Shown here piece after piece: positions 1 through 8,358 of a DNA stretch of 64,000 nucleotides. The stretch covers positions 12,004 through 76,003 of the forward strand of contig DATBGO010000144.1 in assembly GCA_036558005.1 (NCBI GenBank), in the 5' to 3' direction. The notes beneath the pieces are model-generated. The model saw only the letters and a program-made list of their open reading frames with translations. It was not told the origin of the DNA and searched no databases. The translations under genes and the position numbers were made by a program. How positions within the stretch are numbered: the stretch's first letter is position 1; the number at the start of each line of letters is the position of its first letter. This DNA is from Streptosporangiaceae bacterium. GTDB lineage: Bacteria; Actinomycetota; Actinomycetes; Streptosporangiales; Streptosporangiaceae.

Positions 1-207
1 CCTCGCCTCGACGGCGTCGACTGGCGCAAGAGCCGTCACAGCAACCCCAGCGGGAACTGCGTGGAGATCGCCGAGCTCCTCGACGGCGCCATCGCCATCC
101 GCAACTCGCGGTTTCCGGACGGACCCGCGCTGATCTGCCCGCGGACCGACTTCGCCGAGTTCCTGGCCGGTGCGAGGGACGGCGACTTCGACACGCTGAG
201 CGGTTAG
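1..207 (+). CDS. DUF397 domain protein (5' end cut by window edge)
   Basis: Frame 1 reads ...VDWRKSRHSNPSGNCVEIAELLDGAIAIRNSRFPDGPALICPRTDFAEFLAGARDGDFDTLSG with stop TAG at 205-207. The W-R-K-S...S..-G-NCVE-IA pattern is typical of small actinomycete DUF397 proteins. Confidence 0.8.
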   Translation, partial: PRLDGVDWRKSRHSNPSGNCVEIAELLDGAIAIRNSRFPDGPALICPRTDFAEFLAGARDGDFDTLSG

Positions 208-1115
208 CCGCCGTCCCCGGGGCCGTCGGCGGCCAGGGCCCGGGTCAGGCCGTCCACGTAGCGGCTGAGCTGGCTGCCGTCGGTGTCGTGGGTGGGGTTC
301 ACCTCGGTCAGGATCAGGCCAGCGAACGACGGGTGCGCCCGGAGCACGCGCAGGCAGCTGACCACGTGCTCCAGCAGGACACCCGAGCCGTAGTGCGGGA
401 AGTTACCGAGGGGCAGATCACCCGAGTCGACCGAGTCGACGTCGAAGTGAACCACCACCGGGCCGCTGGACGCGGCGACGGCCGCGACCGCCCGCTCCGC
501 CGCGCCTGCCGGGTCGGGGATGAACGCGGGCGCCTCCTGGAGGCTCACGCCCGCCTCAGCCAGGTACCGGCGGCCCGCGTCGTCGGTTTCCCTCGGGTCC
601 GCGCTCACGATCGCGAGCCGGCTCCCGGTCAGCAGCGGCACATCGCCCGCCAGCCCGGTCAGCTCGGGCGCGCCCCGGCCGAGCAGGTGCGAGACTCCCA
701 TCGAGTCGAAGATGCCCGAGCCACCGGAATCCGGGATGCTCACGTCGGCGTCGCCGTCCACGTAGACCAGGCCGACATCGGGATGCTGGCGGCGGAACCC
801 GGCGATGACCCCGAGCGTGATCGTGCAGTCACCGCCCACGATCAGCGGCAGCCGCCCGGAGCCAGCGGTGCCCGCGACGGCGTCGGCCACCGCCCGGGCC
901 ACCCGGGTGACCGCGGGCAGGTTGCGGGCCCCGGGATGGTCATGGTCGACGGCGAACGCCGCCCCGGGCAGGTTGCCCTGGTCCTGCACCGACTCCCCGG
1001 CGCCGGCCAGGCGCTGCACCAGGCCGGCGGCCCGCAGCGCGTCCGGGGCCCGTTCCTGGCCCGCGTGGTGTGCTCCGGCACTGCTCGGAACCCCGATCAT
1101 CACCCAGTCACCCAT
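204..1115 (-). CDS. Arginase/agmatinase-fold (ureohydrolase family) protein with non-canonical metal-ligand motifs
   Basis: Family blocks are present: IVGGDCTITLG, VYVDGDADV, HFDVDSVDSGD, LTEVNP. I prefer the ATG at 1115 (MGDWVMIGVPSS) because GGAGG lies 5 nt upstream. The ORF track extends to 1181. Confidence 0.75.
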   Translation of the reverse strand: MGDWVMIGVPSSAGAHHAGQERAPDALRAAGLVQRLAGAGESVQDQGNLPGAAFAVDHDHPGARNLPAVTRVARAVADAVAGTAGSGRLPLIVGGDCTITLGVIAGFRRQHPDVGLVYVDGDADVSIPDSGGSGIFDSMGVSHLLGRGAPELTGLAGDVPLLTGSRLAIVSADPRETDDAGRRYLAEAGVSLQEAPAFIPDPAGAAERAVAAVAASSGPVVVHFDVDSVDSGDLPLGNFPHYGSGVLLEHVVSCLRVLRAHPSFAGLILTEVNPTHDTDGSQLSRYVDGLTRALAADGPGDGG

Positions 1116-1201
1116 CGTGGCCTCCACCAGCCGGTCACCATCACGGTCTTGTTGTCCAGGATGTCTTGTGTCCCAGGACATAGGAAATTAGCTTCTTATC
1201 T

Positions 1202-2095
1202 ATGTCTATCGCTTCCGCCGACCTGTGGTCGGCCCCGGCTGGCAACGGGGCGAGCCCGCGCCGGTACGCCATCGCAGACGTGTTCACCGATACCCCGCTG
1301 GAAGGCAACCAGGTCGCACTGTTCACCGACGGCCGGGGCCTGTCCCAGGACCGGATGCAGCGCGCGGCCCGCGAGCTCAACCTGTCCGAGACCGTCTTCT
1401 TCCTCCCCCCGGAACAGGGCGGCGACCTGAGGGTAAGGATCTTCACCCCGGCCACCGAGCTCCCGTTCGCCGGGCATCCGGTGCTCGGCTCGGCCTGCCT
1501 GGCGGGCGAGATGCTCGGGATCGCGGCGGTGCGGCTGGAGACCGGGGCCGGCCTGGTGCCCGTCGAGCTGAGCCGTGAGGACGGCCAGATCGTGGCGGGC
1601 CGGATGGAGCAGCCGATACCGGCCTGGGAGCCCTACGAGCACCCGGAGCAGCTGCTGGCCGCCCTGGACGTCGCGGGCTCGGACCTGCCCATCGAGGCCT
1701 ACAGGAATGGCCCGCGGCACGTGTATGTAGCGCTCGGTAACGAGGCCGCGGTGGCCGCGCTGAGCCCGGACCTCCGCACGCTGGCCAGCCTGGGTGAGAT
1801 CGGGGTCAGCTGCTTCGCGGGCCGCGGGCGGCACTGGAAGACCCGGATGTTCGCGCCGGGTCTCGGCGTGCCCGAGGACCCCGCCACCGGGTCGGCCGCG
1901 GGCCCGCTCGCGATCCACCTGGCCCGGCACGGCCGCACCGGCTTCGGCGAGGAGATCGAGATACACCAGGGCGCGGAGATCGGCCGTCCTTCGGTGCTTT
2001 ACGCCCAGGCCGACGGATCGGCCGGGCGGATCGACCGGGTGCTGGTCGGCGGGTCGGCCGTGGTCGTCGCGCGTGGCGAGTACCGGCTGGCCTGA
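1202..2095 (+). CDS. PhzF-family isomerase-like protein
   Basis: YAIADVFTDTPLEGNQVALF and LNLSETVFFLPP at the N-terminus, a repeated half-domain architecture, about 297 aa. This matches the PhzF/YddE fold family. Confidence 0.85.
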   Translation: MSIASADLWSAPAGNGASPRRYAIADVFTDTPLEGNQVALFTDGRGLSQDRMQRAARELNLSETVFFLPPEQGGDLRVRIFTPATELPFAGHPVLGSACLAGEMLGIAAVRLETGAGLVPVELSREDGQIVAGRMEQPIPAWEPYEHPEQLLAALDVAGSDLPIEAYRNGPRHVYVALGNEAAVAALSPDLRTLASLGEIGVSCFAGRGRHWKTRMFAPGLGVPEDPATGSAAGPLAIHLARHGRTGFGEEIEIHQGAEIGRPSVLYAQADGSAGRIDRVLVGGSAVVVARGEYRLA

Positions 2096-2098
2096 GCC

Positions 2099-2401
2099 AT
2101 GACCGACGCCGACCTGTTCGCGGCGCTGGCCAGCACGCGGCGGCTGCAGGTGCTCGAATGGCTAAAGGATCCCCGGTCGAATTTCCCGCCGCAGCGGGAC
2201 GGCGACCTCGTCGACGACGGTGTCTGCGTGCTCTTTATCGCCGACAAGCTCGGGGTGACCCAGCCCACCGCCACGTCACACCTGCAGCGGCTCGCCCGGG
2301 CCGGGCTGGTTACCTCCCGGCGCATCGGCCAGTGGACCTTCTACAAGCGCGACGAGGAGGCGATCACCGCGATGAAGCGGCGGATCGCCGCTGACCTGTG
2401 A
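2099..2401 (+). CDS. ArsR/SmtB-family HTH transcriptional regulator
   Basis: 100 aa. LASTRRLQVLEWL ... IADKLGVTQPTATSHLQRLARAGLV is a winged-HTH signature. Starts 3 nt after the phzF-like stop, so probably co-transcribed. Confidence 0.85.
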   Translation: MTDADLFAALASTRRLQVLEWLKDPRSNFPPQRDGDLVDDGVCVLFIADKLGVTQPTATSHLQRLARAGLVTSRRIGQWTFYKRDEEAITAMKRRIAADL

Positions 2402-2561
2402 CAGGGACGCAGTGAGGCGAAAGTGACATTGTGGATAAGTGACCTCATTATGTGCATGCCTTCGTGCCGGAACGGGAAGTGAAGTGGCTTTGCCGCTGTG
2501 GTAATTAAGTCGCGCTGAGAACGCCACCAGCGGGAATGACGTACTAGAATCCGATTTGAAA

Positions 2562-5048
2562 ATGATCATTGACCAGGTCCGCAGTAATTTCGAGGAGCCG
2601 AACAGTTTTGTCGGCCGCCAGCGCGAACTCGACGAGTTGTGCCGGTTCGTGCCGTCGATCCGTGCCCTGACACTGTGCGGTTCTGGCGGCATCGGCAAGA
2701 CGCGGCTGGCCCTGCGGGTCCTGGCCGGGCTGGCCGATGACTTCGCCGACGGCGTCTGGTTCATCGAGCTGGCCGACCTGCGCCAGCCTGACCTGGTCGC
2801 GTCGCGTGTGGCGGCCGTCATCGGGGTGGAGGAAGAACCCGGCCGCCCGATGCTGGAGACGCTGGCCGACGCCCTCAGGCCGCGCCAGCTGCTGCTCGCG
2901 CTGGACAACTGCGAGCACCTGATCGACTCTTGCGCGCGCCTGTGCCAGCGGCTGCTGGCCAGCTCGCAGGGCCTGCGCGTGCTGGCCACCAGCCGCGAGC
3001 CGCTGCGGGTGGCGGCCGAGACCGTCTGGCAGGTGCCGCCGCTGTCCCTGCCCCGGGCCGACAACGGCGATGCGCCCGAGGAGCTGGGGCAGTACGAGGC
3101 CATTCGTCTGTTCTGCGACCGGGCCGAGGCGTCGCATCCTGGCTTCGCGCGGGGGCCGGCCAACCTGCCGGCCATCGCCGCGCTATGCCGGGCCCTGGAC
3201 GGCGTGCCGCTGGCGATCGAGCTCGCGGCCGCCTGGGTCCGGGTGCTGACCGTGGAGCAGATCGTGGCCCGGCTCGACGACCGCTTCCGGTTGCTGACCA
3301 GCGGCGATCGTACCGCCCCGCCTCGTCAGCGCACGCTGCGCGCGGCGATCGACTGGAGCTATGACCTGCTGGGCAGCCGGGAGCAGCTGTTGCTGCGCCG
3401 GCTGTCGGTGTTCGCGGGCTGGTCCCTGGAGATGGCCGAGCAGCTCTGCTCCGGCGACGACCTGCCCGCCCACGATGTGCTCGACCTGCTGGCCACCCTG
3501 GCCGACAAATCCCTGGTCGTGGTCGATGCCGAGACCCGCGGTCAGGCCAGGTACCGGATGCTCGACACGATCAGGGAGTACGCGGCCTCCCGGCTGGCCG
3601 AAGCGGGCGAGACCGCGATGATGCAGCAGCGGCTGCGTGACTACTCGATCGGCGAGACCGAGCATCTCTCCCGGATGGGCATGGCGCTGATCGAGGCGCC
3701 ATGGTCGGCCCGGGTCGAGGCCTTCCGCCGGTTCGACGCCGACGTCGCCAACCTGCGGCAGGTGCTGAGCTGGTGCCTGGCCGAGGGTGACGCGGAAAAC
3801 GGGATGCGTATCTGCACGGCCATGCGGCCGGTGTGGATCGTCCGCGGCTCCTTCGCCGAGGGCGCCGAATGGCTCGACTCCTTCCTCGCCCTGAGCGGCA
3901 CGTCGGTGCCCGCCGCGGTCCGGGGCCCCGCGCTGGTCGGGCGGGCCCAGCTGGCCCTGGCCAATGACCCCGTGGGCGCGCGGGCCCGCGCGCTGGAGGG
4001 GCTTGAGCTCTGCCGGGAGGCGGGCCAGGATTCCTGGACCGCGGCCGGGCTCAACCTGCTCACCGAGGCCGCGCTGCACGCCGGGAACACCGACGAGGCC
4101 GCGGCCCACGCGGACAGCGCGCTCGCGGTGGCCAGGGAGGCGGGCGACCGGTGGAACGAGGGCTACGCGCTCGGCACCAAGGCGGCGGTGGCCGCGCTGC
4201 GCGGTGACCTGCCCGAGGCGCAGCAGCTCGCGGAGTCCGCGCTCGAGATCATGCGCGACATCGATCAGCAGTGGGGAGCGGCCAGGACGCTGATGGGCCT
4301 GGCCGACCTGGCCCGGCTGCGCCGCGACCCGGGCGGTGCCCAGCTGCGGTACGAGCAGGCTCTGGTCATCCTGCGCGAGGTCAACGCCAGGCCGGAGATC
4401 GCGCGGTGCCTGGCCGGGCTGGGCCGGATCGCGATGGACCAGGGAGATGTCGCGCTCGGCCGGCAGCATCTGACCGAAAGCATCAAGGTGAGCCGCTTCA
4501 CCGGCAGCCGCATCGGCGTGATCCGCGGGCTCGAGGCCTTCGCCACCCTCGCGATCCGTGAGCAGCGGCCGGACCGGGCGGTGCAGCTGGCCGCGGCGGC
4601 CGCCGCGCTGCGCGAGCAGGCGCACCTGCCGTCGCTGTCCGGCACCCGGACCGAGCGCTACCTCACCGCGGCGCGCGGCCTCGGGCAGGAAACGATCACG
4701 CAGCTGTGGGAGCAGGGATCCGCCCTGGATGCCAGCGCCGCGGTCGACCTGGCCCTGACCATGCCGGACGACGCCGACGCCGGGGCCGGCGAGGCCTCCG
4801 GCCCGCGGTCCCGGCCCGGCACCAGGGCGCCGGCCCCCGGCGGACTGACCCCGCGGGAGCTGGAGATCGTCGCCCTGATCGCCGAGGGGCACAGCAACCG
4901 GGCCATCGGCGAGAAGCTGGTCATCAGCCCCGCGACCGCCGCCCGGCACGTGGCCAACATCCTGCTGAAGCTGGGCTTCAGCTCGCGGGCCCAGGTCGCG
5001 GCGTGGGCGACGCGGGAAAGCCGCAACGGCGGCCCGCCGGCGGGCTAG
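2562..5048 (+). CDS. STAND-type regulator: NB-ARC/AAA ATPase + TPR repeats + C-terminal LuxR HTH (paralog 1)
   Basis: P-loop LCGSGGIGKTRLAL, TPR-like helical repeats (ARTLMGLADLARL, ARCLAGLGRIAMDQGD), and C-terminal LTPRELEIVALIAEGHSNRAIGEKLVISPATAARHVANILLKLG. Start is ATG 2562 (the track starts at TTG 2556). TAGAAT lies at 2545-2550. Confidence 0.9.
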   Translation: MIIDQVRSNFEEPNSFVGRQRELDELCRFVPSIRALTLCGSGGIGKTRLALRVLAGLADDFADGVWFIELADLRQPDLVASRVAAVIGVEEEPGRPMLETLADALRPRQLLLALDNCEHLIDSCARLCQRLLASSQGLRVLATSREPLRVAAETVWQVPPLSLPRADNGDAPEELGQYEAIRLFCDRAEASHPGFARGPANLPAIAALCRALDGVPLAIELAAAWVRVLTVEQIVARLDDRFRLLTSGDRTAPPRQRTLRAAIDWSYDLLGSREQLLLRRLSVFAGWSLEMAEQLCSGDDLPAHDVLDLLATLADKSLVVVDAETRGQARYRMLDTIREYAASRLAEAGETAMMQQRLRDYSIGETEHLSRMGMALIEAPWSARVEAFRRFDADVANLRQVLSWCLAEGDAENGMRICTAMRPVWIVRGSFAEGAEWLDSFLALSGTSVPAAVRGPALVGRAQLALANDPVGARARALEGLELCREAGQDSWTAAGLNLLTEAALHAGNTDEAAAHADSALAVAREAGDRWNEGYALGTKAAVAALRGDLPEAQQLAESALEIMRDIDQQWGAARTLMGLADLARLRRDPGGAQLRYEQALVILREVNARPEIARCLAGLGRIAMDQGDVALGRQHLTESIKVSRFTGSRIGVIRGLEAFATLAIREQRPDRAVQLAAAAAALREQAHLPSLSGTRTERYLTAARGLGQETITQLWEQGSALDASAAVDLALTMPDDADAGAGEASGPRSRPGTRAPAPGGLTPRELEIVALIAEGHSNRAIGEKLVISPATAARHVANILLKLGFSSRAQVAAWATRESRNGGPPAG

Positions 5049-5060
5049 GCCGGGGCTGGG

Positions 5061-6008
5061 TCACGACGGGGTGCCGAACAGCGCGCTGACCGACTCGCCC
5101 TCGTGGATGCGGCGGATGGCCTCGGCCAGCGCGGGTGCCAGCGAGATCACGTGAAGCTTGGGGTCGCGCTCGGCCTCGGGGATCGGCACCGTGTTGGTGC
5201 ACACGACCTCGATCACCTCCGGCTGGGACGCGATCCGCTTCAGCGCGCCGTCGCGGAACAGCCCGTGGGTGCACGCGATCCGCACCGACCGGGCGCCGCG
5301 CTCACGCAGCCGCTCGAGCAGCTCCAGGATCGTGGTGCCCCGGGCGACCTCGTCGTCCAGGACGATAACGTCCCGGCCGGCCACGTCGCCGATGATCGAG
5401 CTGATCGTGACGCTCGAGTCGCTGTGCCGCTCCTTGGCGCCCGCCGCGACCGGAAGGTCGAGCATCCGGGCGAGGACCGAGGCCGCCTTGGCGTTGCCCA
5501 GGTCCGGCGAGACCACGACCGCGTGGGCGGTGTCCGCGCCCTCGAAATGATCCGCGATCTCACGCAGCGCGTGCAGGTGGTCCACCGGGACCGAGAAGAA
5601 CCCGTGCACCTGGGGCGCGTGCAGGGTCATCGTGAGCACGCGGCTCGCGCCGGCCGTGACCAGCAGGTCGGCGACCAGGCGCCCGCCGATCGACACCCGC
5701 GGCATGGCCTTCTTGTCCGACCGGGCGTACGCGTAGTGCGGGATCACCGCGGTGACCCGCGCCGCCGAGGCACCCCGGGCGGCGTCGAGCATCAGCAGCA
5801 GCTCGACGAGATGCTCTTGCACCGGCGCGCTCAGCGGCTGGATCAGGAACACGTCCCGTTCCCGGCAGTTCGACTGGAGCTGGACTTCGAGGCAGTCGTT
5901 GGCGAAGCGGCGCAGCCGCACCGGGTGCAGCACCACGCCCAGCTGATCACATATCTCGGCCGCCAGGTCAGGATGGGCGCTGCCGCTGAAGACCGCGATT
6001 TCCCGCAC
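5061..6008 (-). CDS. Ribose-phosphate pyrophosphokinase (Prs)-like protein, divergent paralog
   Basis: VFSGSAHPDLAAEI, VIPHYAYARSDKK, MTLHAPQVHGFFSVPVDHL and VLDDEVARGTTI are variants of the Prs motifs (PYxGYARQDRK, DLHAxQIQGFF, DDxxDTxGT). Confidence 0.8.
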   Translation of the reverse strand: MREIAVFSGSAHPDLAAEICDQLGVVLHPVRLRRFANDCLEVQLQSNCRERDVFLIQPLSAPVQEHLVELLLMLDAARGASAARVTAVIPHYAYARSDKKAMPRVSIGGRLVADLLVTAGASRVLTMTLHAPQVHGFFSVPVDHLHALREIADHFEGADTAHAVVVSPDLGNAKAASVLARMLDLPVAAGAKERHSDSSVTISSIIGDVAGRDVIVLDDEVARGTTILELLERLRERGARSVRIACTHGLFRDGALKRIASQPEVIEVVCTNTVPIPEAERDPKLHVISLAPALAEAIRRIHEGESVSALFGTPS

Positions 6009-6056
6009 GGGCCAAGGTTAAAGCCTCAGCCAGCGGCCTGGCCGGCCACCGGGTGG

Positions 6057-7151
6057 TCAGGCCCCGGCGGTCAGGCCGCGGGCCAGGTGCTCGCCAGCCG
6101 CCCGCAGCCAGCGTTCCGGGCTGGCCATGGCCGCGTCGTTGCCACCCGCCAGCGCGGCCAGCGCCACCGCCGTGACCCCGGGCGGCGGGTCGTCGGCGAC
6201 CTGCCCGGCCACGATCACCGCGGGAACGCCCGCCCGCGCCGCCGCGGCCAGCACACTGCCGGCCACCTTGCCGTCCGCGGACGTGGCGTCGTACCGCCCC
6301 TCGCCGGTCAGCACCAGGTCGGCGCCGTCCAGCTGCCGGCCCAGGCCCACGATCCGGCTCACCTCCTCGGCCCCCGGCCTGATCTGCGCGCCCCAGGCCG
6401 CGGCCAGGCCGTAGCCGGTGCCGCCGGCGGCGCCACTGCCCGGGGCTCCGGGGTCGCCGCCCAGCGCGGCCGCGAGGCGGCCGAGGCCGGCCTCGAGCAC
6501 GGCGATCTGCGCGGCGTCGGCGCCCTTCTGCGGACCGAACACCGCGGCGGCGCCGTGCGGGCCGAGCAGCGGGGCTCGCACGTCGGTCAGGCAGGCCACG
6601 CCGCCCGGCGGCGGAGGCCGGAGCCCGGTCAGGTCGGCCGAGACGAGAGCGCCGAGCGCTCCCCCGCCCGGCGAGATCTCCTGGCCGGCGGCGTCGAGGA
6701 AGCGGGCCCCGAGCGCGGCCAGGGCCCCGCTGCCGCCGTCGGTCGACGCCGAGCCGCCCAGCGCGATCACGATCCGGCGGACGCCCGCGTCCAGCGCGTC
6801 GGCGATCAGCTCGCCGGTGCCTGTGGTCTGGGCGCCGAGCGGATCGAGCGCGGTCATCAGCGGCAGCCCGCTGCCCTGGGCGAGCTCGATGTACCCGGTC
6901 CCGTCGGGAAGCTCCAGCCAGCGCGCGCTGACCTGCGTTCCGGCCGGGCCGGTGACGGGCACCCGGTGCCAGCGCGCGTTCCCGACGGCCGCGGCGAGCA
7001 CCTCGAGCGTGCCCTCGCCGCCGTCGGCGAGCGGGACGCGGGCCACGTCGTCGCCGGGGCGCGCGTCACGCCAGCCCGCGGCGAGGGCCGCCGCTGCCTC
7101 TGCGGCGCCGATGCTGCCCTTGAACGAATCGGGCGCGACCACAATCCGCAT
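6057..7151 (-). CDS. glxK: Glycerate kinase family protein
   Basis: MRIVVAPDSFKGSIGAAEAA...VPLADGGEGT...GGSASTDGGSGALAALG...LVLTGEGRYD is typical of the GlxK/GarK family. Start is the internal ATG at 7151; the upstream 100 codons of the track ORF overlap adk and are low-complexity. Confidence 0.85.
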   Translation of the reverse strand: MRIVVAPDSFKGSIGAAEAAAALAAGWRDARPGDDVARVPLADGGEGTLEVLAAAVGNARWHRVPVTGPAGTQVSARWLELPDGTGYIELAQGSGLPLMTALDPLGAQTTGTGELIADALDAGVRRIVIALGGSASTDGGSGALAALGARFLDAAGQEISPGGGALGALVSADLTGLRPPPPGGVACLTDVRAPLLGPHGAAAVFGPQKGADAAQIAVLEAGLGRLAAALGGDPGAPGSGAAGGTGYGLAAAWGAQIRPGAEEVSRIVGLGRQLDGADLVLTGEGRYDATSADGKVAGSVLAAAARAGVPAVIVAGQVADDPPPGVTAVALAALAGGNDAAMASPERWLRAAGEHLARGLTAGA

Positions 7152-7156
7152 CGGCG

Positions 7157-7825
7157 TCAGCTGGCCTCCTGCTGCTGCGGCGGGTGGTAGGGCGGCAGGC
7201 CGAGGCGGGTCCTGATGACCTGCTGGACCTCCTCCTTGTCCGGCCGGGCATCGACGGTGACCACGTACTCCTTGCGGCGGAAGATATCCAGCACCGGATT
7301 GGTCTTCTGGTGATAGTCGCGGAGCCGGACGGCCAGGGCTTCCTCGGTGTCGTCCTCCCTGGTCACCAGCTCGCCGCCGCAGGCATCGCACTTGCCGGCG
7401 ACCTGGGGGCTGCTGGCCAGCAGGTTGTAGTCCAGCCCGCAGCCCGAGCACAGCCGCCGGGCCAGCACCCGGCGGCGGACCTCGCTGTCGGGCATGTCGA
7501 GATGGATGACCCCGTCGATGTCGTAGCTCTCCAGGAAGAACTCGGCCTGGCGCTCGTTGCGGGGGAACCCGTCGATGATGAAGCCGTAGTTCCAGTCGTG
7601 CTCGGTCAGACGGTCGCGGACGACGCCCTCGACCAGGTCGTCGCCCACCAGCTCACCCTGGGCCATGGTGCGCCGGACCTGGGCCCCCAGCTTGGTGTGA
7701 TGCTGCACGTTCCACCGGAAGATGTCCCCGACGCTGATGTGCACCAAGTCCAGATCGGCCGCGAGCATCGCGCTTTGCGTGCCCTTGCCGCTGCCCTGCA
7801 CGCCCATGATGACGTATTTCCGCAT
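7157..7825 (-). CDS. adk: Adenylate kinase-like protein with Cys4 zinc lid
   Basis: MRKYVIMGVQGSGKGTQ (P-loop), GFIIDGFPRN, lid CSGCG...16...CDACGGELVTREDD. An AAGGTGG RBS precedes ATG 7825. The stop lies 5 nt before the glxK start. Confidence 0.85.
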   Translation of the reverse strand: MRKYVIMGVQGSGKGTQSAMLAADLDLVHISVGDIFRWNVQHHTKLGAQVRRTMAQGELVGDDLVEGVVRDRLTEHDWNYGFIIDGFPRNERQAEFFLESYDIDGVIHLDMPDSEVRRRVLARRLCSGCGLDYNLLASSPQVAGKCDACGGELVTREDDTEEALAVRLRDYHQKTNPVLDIFRRKEYVVTVDARPDKEEVQQVIRTRLGLPPYHPPQQQEAS

Positions 7826-7880
7826 GACGCCACCTTGGCACACGGCCGCGGCCGCCGCGCGGCCTCAGGGCCGGTGCAAA

Positions 7881-8222
7881 CTAGCTGATTGGCTGGCCGA
7901 CATTCTCCGGGCGCAGCGCGAACCGGCGCTCGCACCACCGGCGCAGCTTGGGATCCAGCGACACCCGGATCAGCGGCCAATCTTCGATCAGCAACCGGGC
8001 GTTGAGAAAACGCGCCACGTCGTTGCGCCTGCCCTGGGTCAGCACGATGCCGTACATGCTGCGGCGGATGCTGGCGTCGGACACGTCGAACTCCCGCATG
8101 CCCGGCCACGACAGGTGCCTGGGCAGGACGATGACTCCCTTGACCGGCCCGCGCAATTCCTCAAGCCGCTGCGGCATGCGCCCAGCGAGCCCGCGTCCGG
8201 AAAGCAGTTCCGCAAGAGACAT
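7881..8222 (-). CDS. Hypothetical small protein (113 aa)
   Basis: Intact ORF with GC3-rich codon use (MSLAELLSGRGLAGRMPQRLEELRGPVKGVIVLPRHLSWPGMREFDVSD...). I cannot name a family. Confidence 0.5.
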   Translation of the reverse strand: MSLAELLSGRGLAGRMPQRLEELRGPVKGVIVLPRHLSWPGMREFDVSDASIRRSMYGIVLTQGRRNDVARFLNARLLIEDWPLIRVSLDPKLRRWCERRFALRPENVGQPIS

Positions 8223-8358
8223 GGCTCTGATTATCGCCGACCGGGCCCCCCGGTCTAGTAGTGACTCGCGGGCAGTGCCCGGTTACGCAGAGCATTCTAA
8301 TGCTCACGGCCGGGCCGCCGGGGGCAAATCCTGTTGCCGCTGGCGCGGCCGCCCGGAG

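Noticed and set aside
2562-5048. The two NB-ARC/TPR STAND proteins as Avs-like antiphage sensors.
   Set aside because: Their effector domain is a canonical LuxR HTH, not a nuclease, protease or other toxic module. The architecture is that of the very common actinomycete LuxR/MalT-like regulators.
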